Part shown: in pieces, positions 1 through 9,206 of the stretch | Layout: the number at the start of each line of letters is the position of its first letter | How positions within the stretch are numbered: the stretch's first letter is position 1 | Source: an uncultured virus (IMG/VR IMGVR_UViG_3300047355_000120) | Lineage: Duplodnaviria > Heunggongvirae > Uroviricota > Caudoviricetes | Virus record (IMG/VR): IMGVR_UViG_3300047355_000120 | Direction: 5' to 3' (one strand) | Length of the DNA stretch: 20,000 nucleotides | Position numbers and translations under genes: made by a program | Notes under the pieces: generated by a model | Databases searched by the model: none | Seen by the model: the letters and a program-made list of their open reading frames with translations, nothing else | Told to the model about the DNA's origin: nothing

Positions 1-34
1 CAAAGCTCAGATTTTTTACAATTGCATTTGACAT
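1..34 (-). CDS. 5' end of a gene running off the window (MSNAIVKNLSF...), possibly a phage GroEL/Cpn60-like chaperonin
   Basis: ATG at 34-32 after an A-rich pentamer leader. The 11 visible residues resemble the Cpn60 N-terminal K-x-L-x-F-G pattern, but this is too short to be sure. Confidence 0.3.
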   Translation of the reverse strand, partial: MSNAIVKNLSF

Positions 35-35
35 A

Positions 36-60
36 ATTTAATTTAATTTGATTTGATTTA
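36..60 (-). repeat. Five tandem pentamers (YAAAT) in the leader of the left-edge gene
   Basis: Plus strand reads ATTTA ATTTA ATTTG ATTTG ATTTA; on the minus strand this ends 1 nt before the ATG. Confidence 0.6.
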
Positions 61-66
61 TTGATA

Positions 67-366
67 TTATTTAAACGTCTTAACTACTTTAGGTCCTTTT
101 AAGAAATCTACTTTTTTCTTGTAGTGATCAACACTACCATCAATAGCGATTTCAGCGGCTTCCATAGTTTCACGTCTTGTTACATCGTACCATTTGTCTT
201 TTTCTACAAGGTCACGGTGTTCGGTTTGAAAATAACCATTAGGTAACTGAACTATTCTCCAATGTTTCTTTTTGGATAAATGTTTCCATACGTTAATAGT
301 TTCTTCGGTAATCTGCGGTGTTTGTGGTTGTCCCATACTTGTGGACAACGAGTAAAAATAAGTCAT
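67..366 (-). CDS. Hypothetical phage protein (99 aa)
   Basis: Clean ORF with A-rich leader, co-oriented with its neighbours, globular-looking sequence (HWRIVQLPNGYFQTE). Confidence 0.8.
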   Translation of the reverse strand: MTYFYSLSTSMGQPQTPQITEETINVWKHLSKKKHWRIVQLPNGYFQTEHRDLVEKDKWYDVTRRETMEAAEIAIDGSVDHYKKKVDFLKGPKVVKTFK

Positions 367-440
367 CGTTTTTTGGTTTTAAGGGTTAAACATTATTTTT
401 GGTTAATATTGCGTCGCTAGCAATATAGGTTTAATTATAG

Positions 441-466
441 TATCACTTGTTTTTTTACAAACTTAC
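441..466 (-). promoter_or_regulatory. Candidate late promoter GTAA-N16-GTGATA, copy 1
   Basis: Minus strand GTAA GTTTGTAAAAAAACAA GTGATA in the intergenic gap upstream of 67..366; same boxes and spacing as 17325-17350. Confidence 0.5.
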
Positions 467-467
467 A

Positions 468-839
468 CTATTCTTCCACTGGTGGCACTGGTGGTGCTGG
501 TGGCATATCCCATGTAAAATATAAATCTTCATTTACAGGTGTAATTTGAAGGTTAATGTTATCTTCAATAGATTTAGCCATTGAAGCTACATCTAAAACA
601 TCTTCAAGCCATCCGATCACTACGTTTTCAAAAGCTTCAGTATCTGCATATGGTACAAAAGGTTCTCCAGCTACATAAGTAAAGCTTTGAGCACCTATTT
701 GACTTGCTTGATATTGTTGTCCTCCAGACTTTTCAACTCCTTGATAAGTCCAATGTACTGTGTATATCACATTATCCTGGCCTTCAGCTTGAATATGTGC
801 ATTCATTTGGTTAATATTCCATTTGTAAGTAATTGCCAT
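468..839 (-). CDS. Small acidic protein at the end of the fibre cluster (possible fibre assembly or accessory protein)
   Basis: 123-aa ORF, MAITYKWNI...VIYTVHW, Pro-rich tail. Function is inferred from position only. Confidence 0.7.
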   Translation of the reverse strand: MAITYKWNINQMNAHIQAEGQDNVIYTVHWTYQGVEKSGGQQYQASQIGAQSFTYVAGEPFVPYADTEAFENVVIGWLEDVLDVASMAKSIEDNINLQITPVNEDLYFTWDMPPAPPVPPVEE

Positions 840-861
840 TTTTATTGTTTTAATTTATTAT

Positions 862-1410
862 TTATGCCGTAATTTGTGTTACGGTCCATGTAACTAATTT
901 TCCATTTTCTGGTGGATTCCATTGTGGTATATTTGATGGTGAACCGGGATTAGACCAAAACCATACCCAATCATTTGCATTGTAAGCACCACTAAGTCTA
1001 GTTGCAACAGCAGAGCTTCTATCAAATTCTTGTGTATAAGTAACGCCACTAGTGGTCCATTGATATATTAATGTTTTCCAAGAATTAGGTGGATTAGTAT
1101 TGCTATTATCACCATTATTTAATCTAAATACTATATTATTTCCTCCTGGTGGTACCCCTGAAGAAGAGTCTAAATAAAGACCCGTTACAACGGCATTACC
1201 TGATGTTTGAGCACCACCAATTAATGATTTAGCTATTGATGTGTTAGTGGAGCTTCCCACACTACCTTGTTGAGCTACTGCAAAACCTCTCCAATAAATC
1301 AATCCTCCTATTGAAAAAGAAGTAGCTGTAGTCATTACTCCACTATGATCTGGACAAGGTCTATTATATGCTGCCCAATCACTAAATTTATATGGATATG
1401 GATAAGGCAT
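862..1410 (-). CDS. Small beta-rich virion/adhesin-like protein (182 aa)
   Basis: G/S/T/N/W-rich ORF starting 1 nt after the upstream stop (TAA A ATG). Confidence 0.7.
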   Translation of the reverse strand: MPYPYPYKFSDWAAYNRPCPDHSGVMTTATSFSIGGLIYWRGFAVAQQGSVGSSTNTSIAKSLIGGAQTSGNAVVTGLYLDSSSGVPPGGNNIVFRLNNGDNSNTNPPNSWKTLIYQWTTSGVTYTQEFDRSSAVATRLSGAYNANDWVWFWSNPGSPSNIPQWNPPENGKLVTWTVTQITA

Positions 1411-1411
1411 T

Positions 1412-1894
1412 TTAACAGGTTGGATTAGTATATGTTATTCTTCCGCTTGCATCAACTACAAAATCATTAGCGCATGTTGTGTAATCATAATTGTATGTTC
1501 CTCTTTGATTACTCAATGGTGTAGGGTTATTTAAATTAGAAATACTTTCAAAACCTTGAGCACCAAGTGAATTAACCCATGTTTCACCATTTGTCCACTC
1601 TGCTGTTATAAAATAAACAGTTATAGGCACATTAGGAGGGGTTTGAGTCCCATCGTAGTATGTTGCTGTAATAGATGTAAAATCTGAACTAAAAGCTGGA
1701 CCATATGGAGGGTTTGAAGAGCAAGGAGAATTGTTCCAAGCTGGATAACTTACTCCTGAACCAGCCGCTTGGCCAGAATTCATTAAATCATACATATGTA
1801 TAGGACCGGTAATTGAACCACTAGAGCTATAATTATTATAATATAATTCTTTAGCTATTCCTAACATTGATATATTTGTATTTGGTACTGCCAT
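1412..1894 (-). CDS. Small fibre-associated (putative tip/adhesin) protein (160 aa)
   Basis: TAATG overlap with the S74 fibre stop; MAVPNTNISMLGIAKEL N-terminus; G/S/N/Y-rich. Confidence 0.7.
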   Translation of the reverse strand: MAVPNTNISMLGIAKELYYNNYSSSGSITGPIHMYDLMNSGQAAGSGVSYPAWNNSPCSSNPPYGPAFSSDFTSITATYYDGTQTPPNVPITVYFITAEWTNGETWVNSLGAQGFESISNLNNPTPLSNQRGTYNYDYTTCANDFVVDASGRITYTNPTC

Positions 1895-4800
1895 TATTTA
1901 ATTTTTTTCTTTAGTTCTTCTATTTCAGCTTTTAATTCTTTAATAGCTTCGACTAGTATTGGTGTTATACCTTGATGTCTCATTGATAGCATACCGTTGT
2001 CATTTTCTCTAACAAGTTCAGGTAAAACTTCTTGAACGTCTTGAGCTATAAATCCTATATCTTCTTTTATATCAAGTATACCTTCTGATTTTTCTTTCCA
2101 ATCAAACGTTACACCTTTTAGTTTCATTGTTTTTTCTAAAGCATTTTCTACAGGTTTTATATTTTTCTTTAATTTTTTATCTGATGGAGAACCGTATGCA
2201 ACAATATCACCAAGTATAGTCAAAGTACCACTTGAGTTTAATTTACCTGTTTGAGCCGGTGTTGATCCTGTTCTAAAACAAACTGCATAACCAGATATTG
2301 TAGGCCCTTCATTTGCTTGATCATAAAAAGTTGCTGTACTAGTTGTAGGATTTGAGTGATTAGCTCTAAACCTATATGAATCAGTAACAGCGTCTCCAGT
2401 TATTGTAAGATCTCCAGTATAAGAACCAGACATTGTAATATCGTTTGCATTAGCCGTTATACCGTTACTACCAATAACATTTAATGTAACACCACCACTT
2501 GTTCCACCACCAGTCATACCTGTACCAGCGGTCACGCTAGTTATATCACCTGTTGTTGGTGGAGCTGTCCATACCAAATTTATAGAACCTGAAGCTTTTG
2601 ATAGATAATAACCTGTTCCAGGTGCTGCGGTTGTTGGCATTCTCCAATACGTATTAGCTATAGTTGAAGTTGCAGCGGGACCAACTAACTCTAAATTTCC
2701 ATTACCATATAGCTTAACTAATGTGTCAGTTACCCTAGCATTTCCACTATTTGAATTTAAATATTCGTTTATAATTGCAAGATAACGAAGTTTATTATCA
2801 TCTGGTGTAACAATACCTGGATTAAAGAAAATTTCATTTTCTCTGCTTCCACCAGAATTATTATAAGCAAAAGCCATACCTTGATTGTTTATAGGTGCCG
2901 CGTTTGCTGCGTTACCAGCCACATACAAATAACCATCAGATCCAGAACCATTCATAATTATTCTTTGATTTGTGGTATCTCCTCTTTGTGTGACTGATTG
3001 TAAATCGTCAGCTTCTGAAGTTAAATACCCACTGTCATTAGTCCACATGGATATATTACCTGATTTGTTGGTTAAAGTACTTGTACTTACGTTAGAAACT
3101 AAAGTTGAACTTGAACCAGCTGGTAATAACATTGTGTTAGTTACACCAGCACTATGAGGCTGAGCAGATAATGTTTGACCATGACTATTATCATAACAAT
3201 TAAGCTTTATTTTTGCATCTACTGAAGATCCATCACCTTTTATTGTTAGTATAGCTCCAGAAGGTACTATTTCATCAATAACAGGAGAGGTTAATGTTTT
3301 ATTAGTTAATGTTTGAGTACCTGTTTTTGTAACTACGGTGCTGTCTATAGAAAATTCTTCATTTGATAAACTTAAACCTGTTCCAGCCGTATATTGTGTG
3401 TCATCATTAGGTGGTGTAGCCCAAGCGTTATCACCTCTTAAAAAAGTTGAACTACTAGCTGTTCCTGACGCGGATAAATCTAAAGTTGTTAGAGCCGAAG
3501 CAGCATCAGGTGTTGTTTTTATAAAAGTTCCAGCTGTTAACTGTATTGTTGATGCAGTACCTGTGTTTGGTGTTATAGTTACATTAGTGTTATTACTACC
3601 AGGAGCTGACAAACTAATAGTATAAGTTATAGGTGGTGTATCGCTATCAGCTCTCCAAGCTGGTACGCCACTTGCGTTTGTTTTCCAAACTAAATTAGCA
3701 TCTGTAGCTGCTGGAGCGGCAACATAACCAGCAACAGTTACTGCATTTGGAATCCATGGTGGTACACTAAAACTACCATCACCATTTAAATAATATGTTC
3801 CTCCTTGTGTTCCAGCAGCAGGCGCAGGCACAAGACCAGCTGTTCCCGCCACATTAGCTGTAGAAGAAACAAAATCATCATATGTTGTTCCAGTAGGCAC
3901 AACCCATGTTGCATCAGCTCTTAAAAATTTATCAGCATGAGGGTTTGGTAAAATAGGTACTAAACCAGCTGTACTTGTTGTAACAACACTATAAGTAGTA
4001 TTAGGTGATGTTAAAGTCATTAAATATGGATCTGTCGTAGTACCTGCTCCTGTTAAAGCAGTTCCTAAAGTTCCTGTTGCAGTTTCGAATTTTAAAAATT
4101 CATTATTAAGTAGTGTTTTATTTACAGGCGTACCTTGTGTATCTCTTACTTTCCATTGATAACTTCCAGCTGCACTGTTAATAGTAAAAGCAGTTGCTGA
4201 AGTTCTAGTTACTGTAGTCGCACCTGATCCGGTAATAGTTATATCATCAGGACCACCACTACCAGCTAATCTAAGTATAGGGTTACTATTTGATCCACTA
4301 TTTTGCTCTACAGATAAATCATATGTATTTTGAGTATTTGTATCAGGAGAGGTAAGCGTCATTATATAAGGATCGCTTGTACTACCAGAACCTGTAAGCG
4401 CTGTACCTAATGATCCTGTAGCTGTAACAAATTTTAAATATTTTTCGTTATCAACTGTTTTATCTAAATCTGCAAAATCTCTAACATACCATTCAGTATT
4501 TTCTTGAGTATCAGTCCAAGGTACATTAGCAAACATTTTTTCCGAATTCAACTGTATTGCATAATTTCTATTTGCAGCGTCTGTAGTATATCCTATTTGT
4601 ACTCCACCTCTAGTACCATCTGCGGCAAGTGGAAGAGTGTATGTTCCTGGTGGAACATCCCAAGTATTATCTCCTCTTAAAAATGTAGTTCCATCTTTGG
4701 TTCCAGTTGCTGATAAATCTATTGTACCAACAGTTACAGCACCAGTTGCGGCTGAATTTTCTATTCCAGCAGATATAAATGTACCATTAGCATTTGTAAA

Positions 4801-6453
4801 TGTAGTTACACCTGCACCTGTATAACTAGGGACATCCCATGTGTTATCTTTACTTAAAAACCTTGTGCTAGTATCAGAAGTGCCGTCTTGTGCACTTAAA
4901 TCAGCTGTAACAGTCACAGCACCTGTTGTTGCGGTGTTAGGTGTTAAATCTACATAAGTTCCATCAGTTGTAGTAACGGTAGTTACACCTGAATTTGTAG
5001 CAGGTACTCTAGTCCAAGCAGTTCCATTATAAATACACCAATCACCTAAATTCCAAGAATTTGGAGCCACACCTGATCCGTTTGGTGCAGCGGAACCAGC
5101 CACATCAACTATGTATAACCAACCATCAGCTGGTGATAAAGCTGTTAAGTCTGGATTACCACCGCCTGTGCCTGCAGCACTCCAAGTATCTTTAAACTGT
5201 AAGCCCGTTGGTATTGCACCCCAAGATCCATCACCTTTTAAATAAGTTGTTCCAGTTCCACCTTCAGGTACGTAACCCACATTAGCACCACCAATATATT
5301 TAGCCGATGTTAAAGTTAATTCTCTATTTGCTATACTTTCAACTAAAGGTGCACCCGCTGAATCTGCTGTAGCTAAAGTAACGCCAGTTATACCAGTGTC
5401 TGTATTTGTACCTGTTAAAGTTATTGTGTTACCTGTTTGTGATGCCGCAACACTACCTGCACCTAATATTAAAACCGTTCCACCACTGTTGCTTAATAAT
5501 ATGCCAGAATTAGTATTATTTGATCCAGTACCTGTTATAGTTTGAAAGGGATTTTGCGTATCGGTCCAAGGTACATTAACAAGCATTTGTTCAGTATCTA
5601 AAGTTACCGCATAATTTCTTGCTGTGGCATCTGTAGTATAACCTATTTTAACACCACCTAAATCTGCAGCTGTAGCAACTGGTAAAACATAAGTTGTATC
5701 TGTCCAAGGAACATTTACAAACATTTTTTCACTACTTAATTGAACTGGATAATTTTTAAGATTTTGACCATAACCTATTTGAACACCACCTCTTGTACCA
5801 TTTGCAGCTAAAGGTAAAGTATATACTGTGTCAGTCCAAGGCACATTAACAAAAGCTTTTTCTGCAGCTAATTCTAATGGATAATTTTTAAGATTTTGAC
5901 CATAACCTATCTGAATTCCACCTCTAGTTCCATCAGCTGCTAAAGGTAATACATAAGTACCTGGTATTGTAGATATTAATTGTAAACTACCTCCACCATC
6001 AATAAACTGAGTATTATTACCAGCTCCAGTAACAGTTAAAACTCCGGCTGTTGTTATAGGTGAATTAGTTACTGTAAATGCGGTAGGCATAGTAAGACCA
6101 ACGCTTGTAACCCCTAAACTTGTATTATTTATCCATTGTGTACCTACGTTTGTTGATGATAATATTTGACCAGCTACTCCTGGTTGATTAGAAGAGTCAT
6201 AATATTTTCCAGAAACAAGTAAATCATTACTTATAGTGATAGAATTAGTAGTTGTAGATCCAAGATTTGTAACTTGTTGTAATGTTTGAGCTCCTCCTCC
6301 AGTTCCTATTAAATCTAATATACTTTGTACAGTAAAACTAACTGTAGGATTATTTTTAGGAGAATTATCATCATTTTCATCATGCGTTATTGTTCCAATT
6401 AATAAGTCTGCCGCTTTTGGCGTATTTAAAGGATACGAATATATTATTGCCAT
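1894..6453 (-). CDS. Long tail fibre (1519 aa) with internal repeats and C-terminal peptidase S74 intramolecular chaperone
   Basis: G/T/A/S-rich; four (V/A)NVPWTDT repeats; six FLRGDxxW-type motifs. C-terminus SDKKLKKNI...GFIAQDVQEVLPELV...LVEAIKEL coiled coil (~1894-2184). Confidence 0.9.
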   Translation of the reverse strand: MAIIYSYPLNTPKAADLLIGTITHDENDDNSPKNNPTVSFTVQSILDLIGTGGGAQTLQQVTNLGSTTTNSITISNDLLVSGKYYDSSNQPGVAGQILSSTNVGTQWINNTSLGVTSVGLTMPTAFTVTNSPITTAGVLTVTGAGNNTQFIDGGGSLQLISTIPGTYVLPLAADGTRGGIQIGYGQNLKNYPLELAAEKAFVNVPWTDTVYTLPLAANGTRGGVQIGYGQNLKNYPVQLSSEKMFVNVPWTDTTYVLPVATAADLGGVKIGYTTDATARNYAVTLDTEQMLVNVPWTDTQNPFQTITGTGSNNTNSGILLSNSGGTVLILGAGSVAASQTGNTITLTGTNTDTGITGVTLATADSAGAPLVESIANRELTLTSAKYIGGANVGYVPEGGTGTTYLKGDGSWGAIPTGLQFKDTWSAAGTGGGNPDLTALSPADGWLYIVDVAGSAAPNGSGVAPNSWNLGDWCIYNGTAWTRVPATNSGVTTVTTTDGTYVDLTPNTATTGAVTVTADLSAQDGTSDTSTRFLSKDNTWDVPSYTGAGVTTFTNANGTFISAGIENSAATGAVTVGTIDLSATGTKDGTTFLRGDNTWDVPPGTYTLPLAADGTRGGVQIGYTTDAANRNYAIQLNSEKMFANVPWTDTQENTEWYVRDFADLDKTVDNEKYLKFVTATGSLGTALTGSGSTSDPYIMTLTSPDTNTQNTYDLSVEQNSGSNSNPILRLAGSGGPDDITITGSGATTVTRTSATAFTINSAAGSYQWKVRDTQGTPVNKTLLNNEFLKFETATGTLGTALTGAGTTTDPYLMTLTSPNTTYSVVTTSTAGLVPILPNPHADKFLRADATWVVPTGTTYDDFVSSTANVAGTAGLVPAPAAGTQGGTYYLNGDGSFSVPPWIPNAVTVAGYVAAPAATDANLVWKTNASGVPAWRADSDTPPITYTISLSAPGSNNTNVTITPNTGTASTIQLTAGTFIKTTPDAASALTTLDLSASGTASSSTFLRGDNAWATPPNDDTQYTAGTGLSLSNEEFSIDSTVVTKTGTQTLTNKTLTSPVIDEIVPSGAILTIKGDGSSVDAKIKLNCYDNSHGQTLSAQPHSAGVTNTMLLPAGSSSTLVSNVSTSTLTNKSGNISMWTNDSGYLTSEADDLQSVTQRGDTTNQRIIMNGSGSDGYLYVAGNAANAAPINNQGMAFAYNNSGGSRENEIFFNPGIVTPDDNKLRYLAIINEYLNSNSGNARVTDTLVKLYGNGNLELVGPAATSTIANTYWRMPTTAAPGTGYYLSKASGSINLVWTAPPTTGDITSVTAGTGMTGGGTSGGVTLNVIGSNGITANANDITMSGSYTGDLTITGDAVTDSYRFRANHSNPTTSTATFYDQANEGPTISGYAVCFRTGSTPAQTGKLNSSGTLTILGDIVAYGSPSDKKLKKNIKPVENALEKTMKLKGVTFDWKEKSEGILDIKEDIGFIAQDVQEVLPELVRENDNGMLSMRHQGITPILVEAIKELKAEIEELKKKIK
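4507..5958 (-). repeat. Four 44-46 aa coding repeats in the 1519-aa fibre (5827-5958, 5695-5826, 5557-5694, 4507-4644)
   Basis: YxLPxAxxxxxGGxxIGY...NY...(V/A)NVPWTDT. Units 1 and 2 share GGATAATTTTTAAGATTTTGACCATAACCTAT on the plus strand. Confidence 0.9.
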
Positions 6454-6456
6454 TTA

Positions 6457-9204
6457 TTATTTGTTTTCTAATTCTTTTACTCTAATTTCTAATTCTTGTA
6501 TTGCTTTAACTAATATTGGAACAAGTACTGAATATTTTAATGATTTTATTCTATCACCTTGTGGATTTAAATCGTCTTCTACTAATCCAGGAAAAACCTT
6601 TTCAGTTTCTTGTGCTATTAATCCTATTTGTTTTAAATCATCTCCTATAAAATTAAAGTTTTTTACTTTTAATTTTTTAACATCTTCTAGCTTAGGCGTT
6701 GCATCAGTAATATTTTCTTTTATAGTTTCATCTGAATACTGACCGTAAGAATTGTTTCTGTTTCTTAGGTTACCATTTAAATTACACAGAAGCATGTTTG
6801 TATCTGATCCAGATGTTGGAGCAGCTTGAAATACTAAATGATAACCACCAGCATTCATTGAAGCAGATGTGTATGATAATAAACCTGTTGGGTTACTTAC
6901 ACCATTAAGATTGTTTTTAATACCAATACCATTAGCACTGTTTATTTGTATATTTAATTTACCTCCTATATTACCTGAATTAAAACCTATACCTACATCT
7001 TGAAGAAAATAACCATTTTGCCCAGATAATGTTCCAACAAGTGTTAAAGCGTTTATGTTACTTGTACTGGCAAAATCTCCATAATATGTAGTATTTGTAT
7101 CATAAAAAATTGGGGCAGTCATGGATGTTCCTGATGCTAAAGCTCCAGATTTAGTCTGAGAACTTCCCCCACCGTCTAAAACTAACCTAGCTGTAGATTG
7201 AGACCCGTTAGTTGTTCTACTAACCCAAAAATTGTCAGAGTGAAAAGCGTGGGTTAATTGAAAAGAATAATTATTACCACTCGTCCAGAGATCTCCTGCA
7301 GATTGAATATAGTTTACCCAATCTGTAGTTGGAGGGTTATTTGCAATATTACTTCCAAAGTAAAAACCAGATGGTTCACTGGTTCCTGCAAAAGAATACA
7401 CTCGTGTGCTTTTTCTTCCAGAGCCACCTGAAACTATCATGCTTGGTGTTAAACCTCCTACATTAGTAGCATTAGTAGCATTAGTAGAATTAGTAGCGTT
7501 AGTAGCATTTGCTACAGTCTGAGTGCTAATATTACCACTATGAATAATCTGTTTAGTTGTATTCCAACTACCACCTTTACCCGCTCTTAAATACCAATTT
7601 TCATAAACAGTTGTAGTAGAAGGTCCAATAATTTGCCAACTAGCATAACCATCACTCCAACCTTTCATTTGTATATATGATTGCCAATTTCCATTGCCAG
7701 GAACTTGATTTGTAAAACCTAAGTTCATAGCATGATCGGTTTCAGCGTTTGGAGGTATATCACCAGCTCTTGTATCTTTTATAAAGTACCCTGTAGTACC
7801 ATTCCATCTTCCTGTATAAGTACCTGTTAAAGATACAGTTCCTGTTGTTGTAATTGTTCCACCTGTAATTCCATTGCTTGTAGCCACTGAAGTTACTCCA
7901 CTTGACTGAACAGGGTTAGGTAAGTTAACAGAATCCCAAACTGTTCTCCAACTTTGCCATGTTCCACTATTTTTACCTCTTACGGCTATTTCACCTGTTC
8001 TAAAATTACTAAATATCTGAGAAACCCAAGATGAACTATATGCGGCAACAAAAAGACCTCCATCGGCATAACCAGCAGCTGAAGATGCATTACAATAACC
8101 AGACATGTTAGATGTAGCAGAATCTACAGCAATACCACCAGTACTATTTCTAGACGTAAAAGTAGTTCCAACAAAATTAGTTGTAGCTGTTACGGTTACA
8201 GCTGGACCTGAAGCATTAGTTAAACTTATACCTGTACCTGCAACTAAAGAAGTTAATGTACCCGTATTACTAGTGTGTGAATTCCATGTGTTTGAATTAC
8301 CTCCACTAGCATATATCACGCCTCCAGCTGTAAAACTTCCAGCTACAGTATTGTTTCCTGACATATCTAATGTCCATCTGTCAGCCGATGCAGACCATCC
8401 ACCTATTCTAAGTACATTATCACTGTCTAGCCCAAAATTAACAGCATATGCACCAGGTCTATGGAAATGCATAATAGCTCCAGCGCTACTACTACCATAA
8501 ACGCCTAGTCCAACAGCAGATGACCCGGCTGTTGATCCAATACCATATACATCTAATGGATAAGTTCCTGCTGTAAAATCTGTTGATCCAGTTACGGTTC
8601 CACCAGCTAGTGGTAAAAAAGGACCTGCACCTGGGGTAACACTATCAACATAAGCTTTGTTAGCAGCATCAGTGCTATCGGTAACTGTATCAACGCCTTG
8701 TATTCTACCTGTGCCTCCTAAAGTTATATCACCTCCTGAAACAGTAAAATCTCCAGCTATAGTAACATTTCCAGAACCATCAAAAGATTGTTGTACAACA
8801 TTATTGTGTTTAAATTCTATGTAATCAGGGGTTGCTTCTCTGTAAAATATACCATAAGTTGTTGCGTTAGCAAGTATAACCATAGGTACAGTAGCACCGG
8901 CAACATAATTAATTCCAAAACCAGTTGCGCTTGTTGTAAAACCTGAAAAAGTTGCACTAGTTCCTGTTAAAGCACCCCCAACAGTAAATGATATACCAGA
9001 AGCTGTAGCCGTAGCACCTGTAAGTGTACCACCAGATAAAGGTAAATAAGGTCCACCAATAACAGTTGAAGCTGCTACCCAAGTTGGTGCTGCATTACCA
9101 TTTGATTTTAATATCTGTCCAGCCGTACCGTGGTTACCGTTAAATTGTACAGCACCTGTAGAGTGAACGTCAAATATCCCATTTATATTAGATAATGATG
9201 CCAT
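6457..9204 (-). CDS. Tail fibre / receptor-binding protein (915 aa) with knob-like domains and C-terminal peptidase S74 chaperone
   Basis: YLPLSGGTLTG, FLPLAGGTVTG and DAANKAYVD shaft motifs; three knob-like segments. C-terminal SDETIKENI...IGLIAQE...LVKAIQEL (~6457-6735). Confidence 0.9.
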   Translation of the reverse strand: MASLSNINGIFDVHSTGAVQFNGNHGTAGQILKSNGNAAPTWVAASTVIGGPYLPLSGGTLTGATATASGISFTVGGALTGTSATFSGFTTSATGFGINYVAGATVPMVILANATTYGIFYREATPDYIEFKHNNVVQQSFDGSGNVTIAGDFTVSGGDITLGGTGRIQGVDTVTDSTDAANKAYVDSVTPGAGPFLPLAGGTVTGSTDFTAGTYPLDVYGIGSTAGSSAVGLGVYGSSSAGAIMHFHRPGAYAVNFGLDSDNVLRIGGWSASADRWTLDMSGNNTVAGSFTAGGVIYASGGNSNTWNSHTSNTGTLTSLVAGTGISLTNASGPAVTVTATTNFVGTTFTSRNSTGGIAVDSATSNMSGYCNASSAAGYADGGLFVAAYSSSWVSQIFSNFRTGEIAVRGKNSGTWQSWRTVWDSVNLPNPVQSSGVTSVATSNGITGGTITTTGTVSLTGTYTGRWNGTTGYFIKDTRAGDIPPNAETDHAMNLGFTNQVPGNGNWQSYIQMKGWSDGYASWQIIGPSTTTVYENWYLRAGKGGSWNTTKQIIHSGNISTQTVANATNATNSTNATNATNVGGLTPSMIVSGGSGRKSTRVYSFAGTSEPSGFYFGSNIANNPPTTDWVNYIQSAGDLWTSGNNYSFQLTHAFHSDNFWVSRTTNGSQSTARLVLDGGGSSQTKSGALASGTSMTAPIFYDTNTTYYGDFASTSNINALTLVGTLSGQNGYFLQDVGIGFNSGNIGGKLNIQINSANGIGIKNNLNGVSNPTGLLSYTSASMNAGGYHLVFQAAPTSGSDTNMLLCNLNGNLRNRNNSYGQYSDETIKENITDATPKLEDVKKLKVKNFNFIGDDLKQIGLIAQETEKVFPGLVEDDLNPQGDRIKSLKYSVLVPILVKAIQELEIRVKELENK
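7462..7509 (-). repeat. 9-bp tandem repeat x5 encoding NAT/NST heptad-free linker
   Basis: Plus strand ATTAGTAGC ATTAGTAGC ATTAGTAGA ATTAGTAGC GTTAGTAGC; protein NATNATNSTNATNATN. Confidence 0.9.
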
Positions 9205-9206
9205 AA

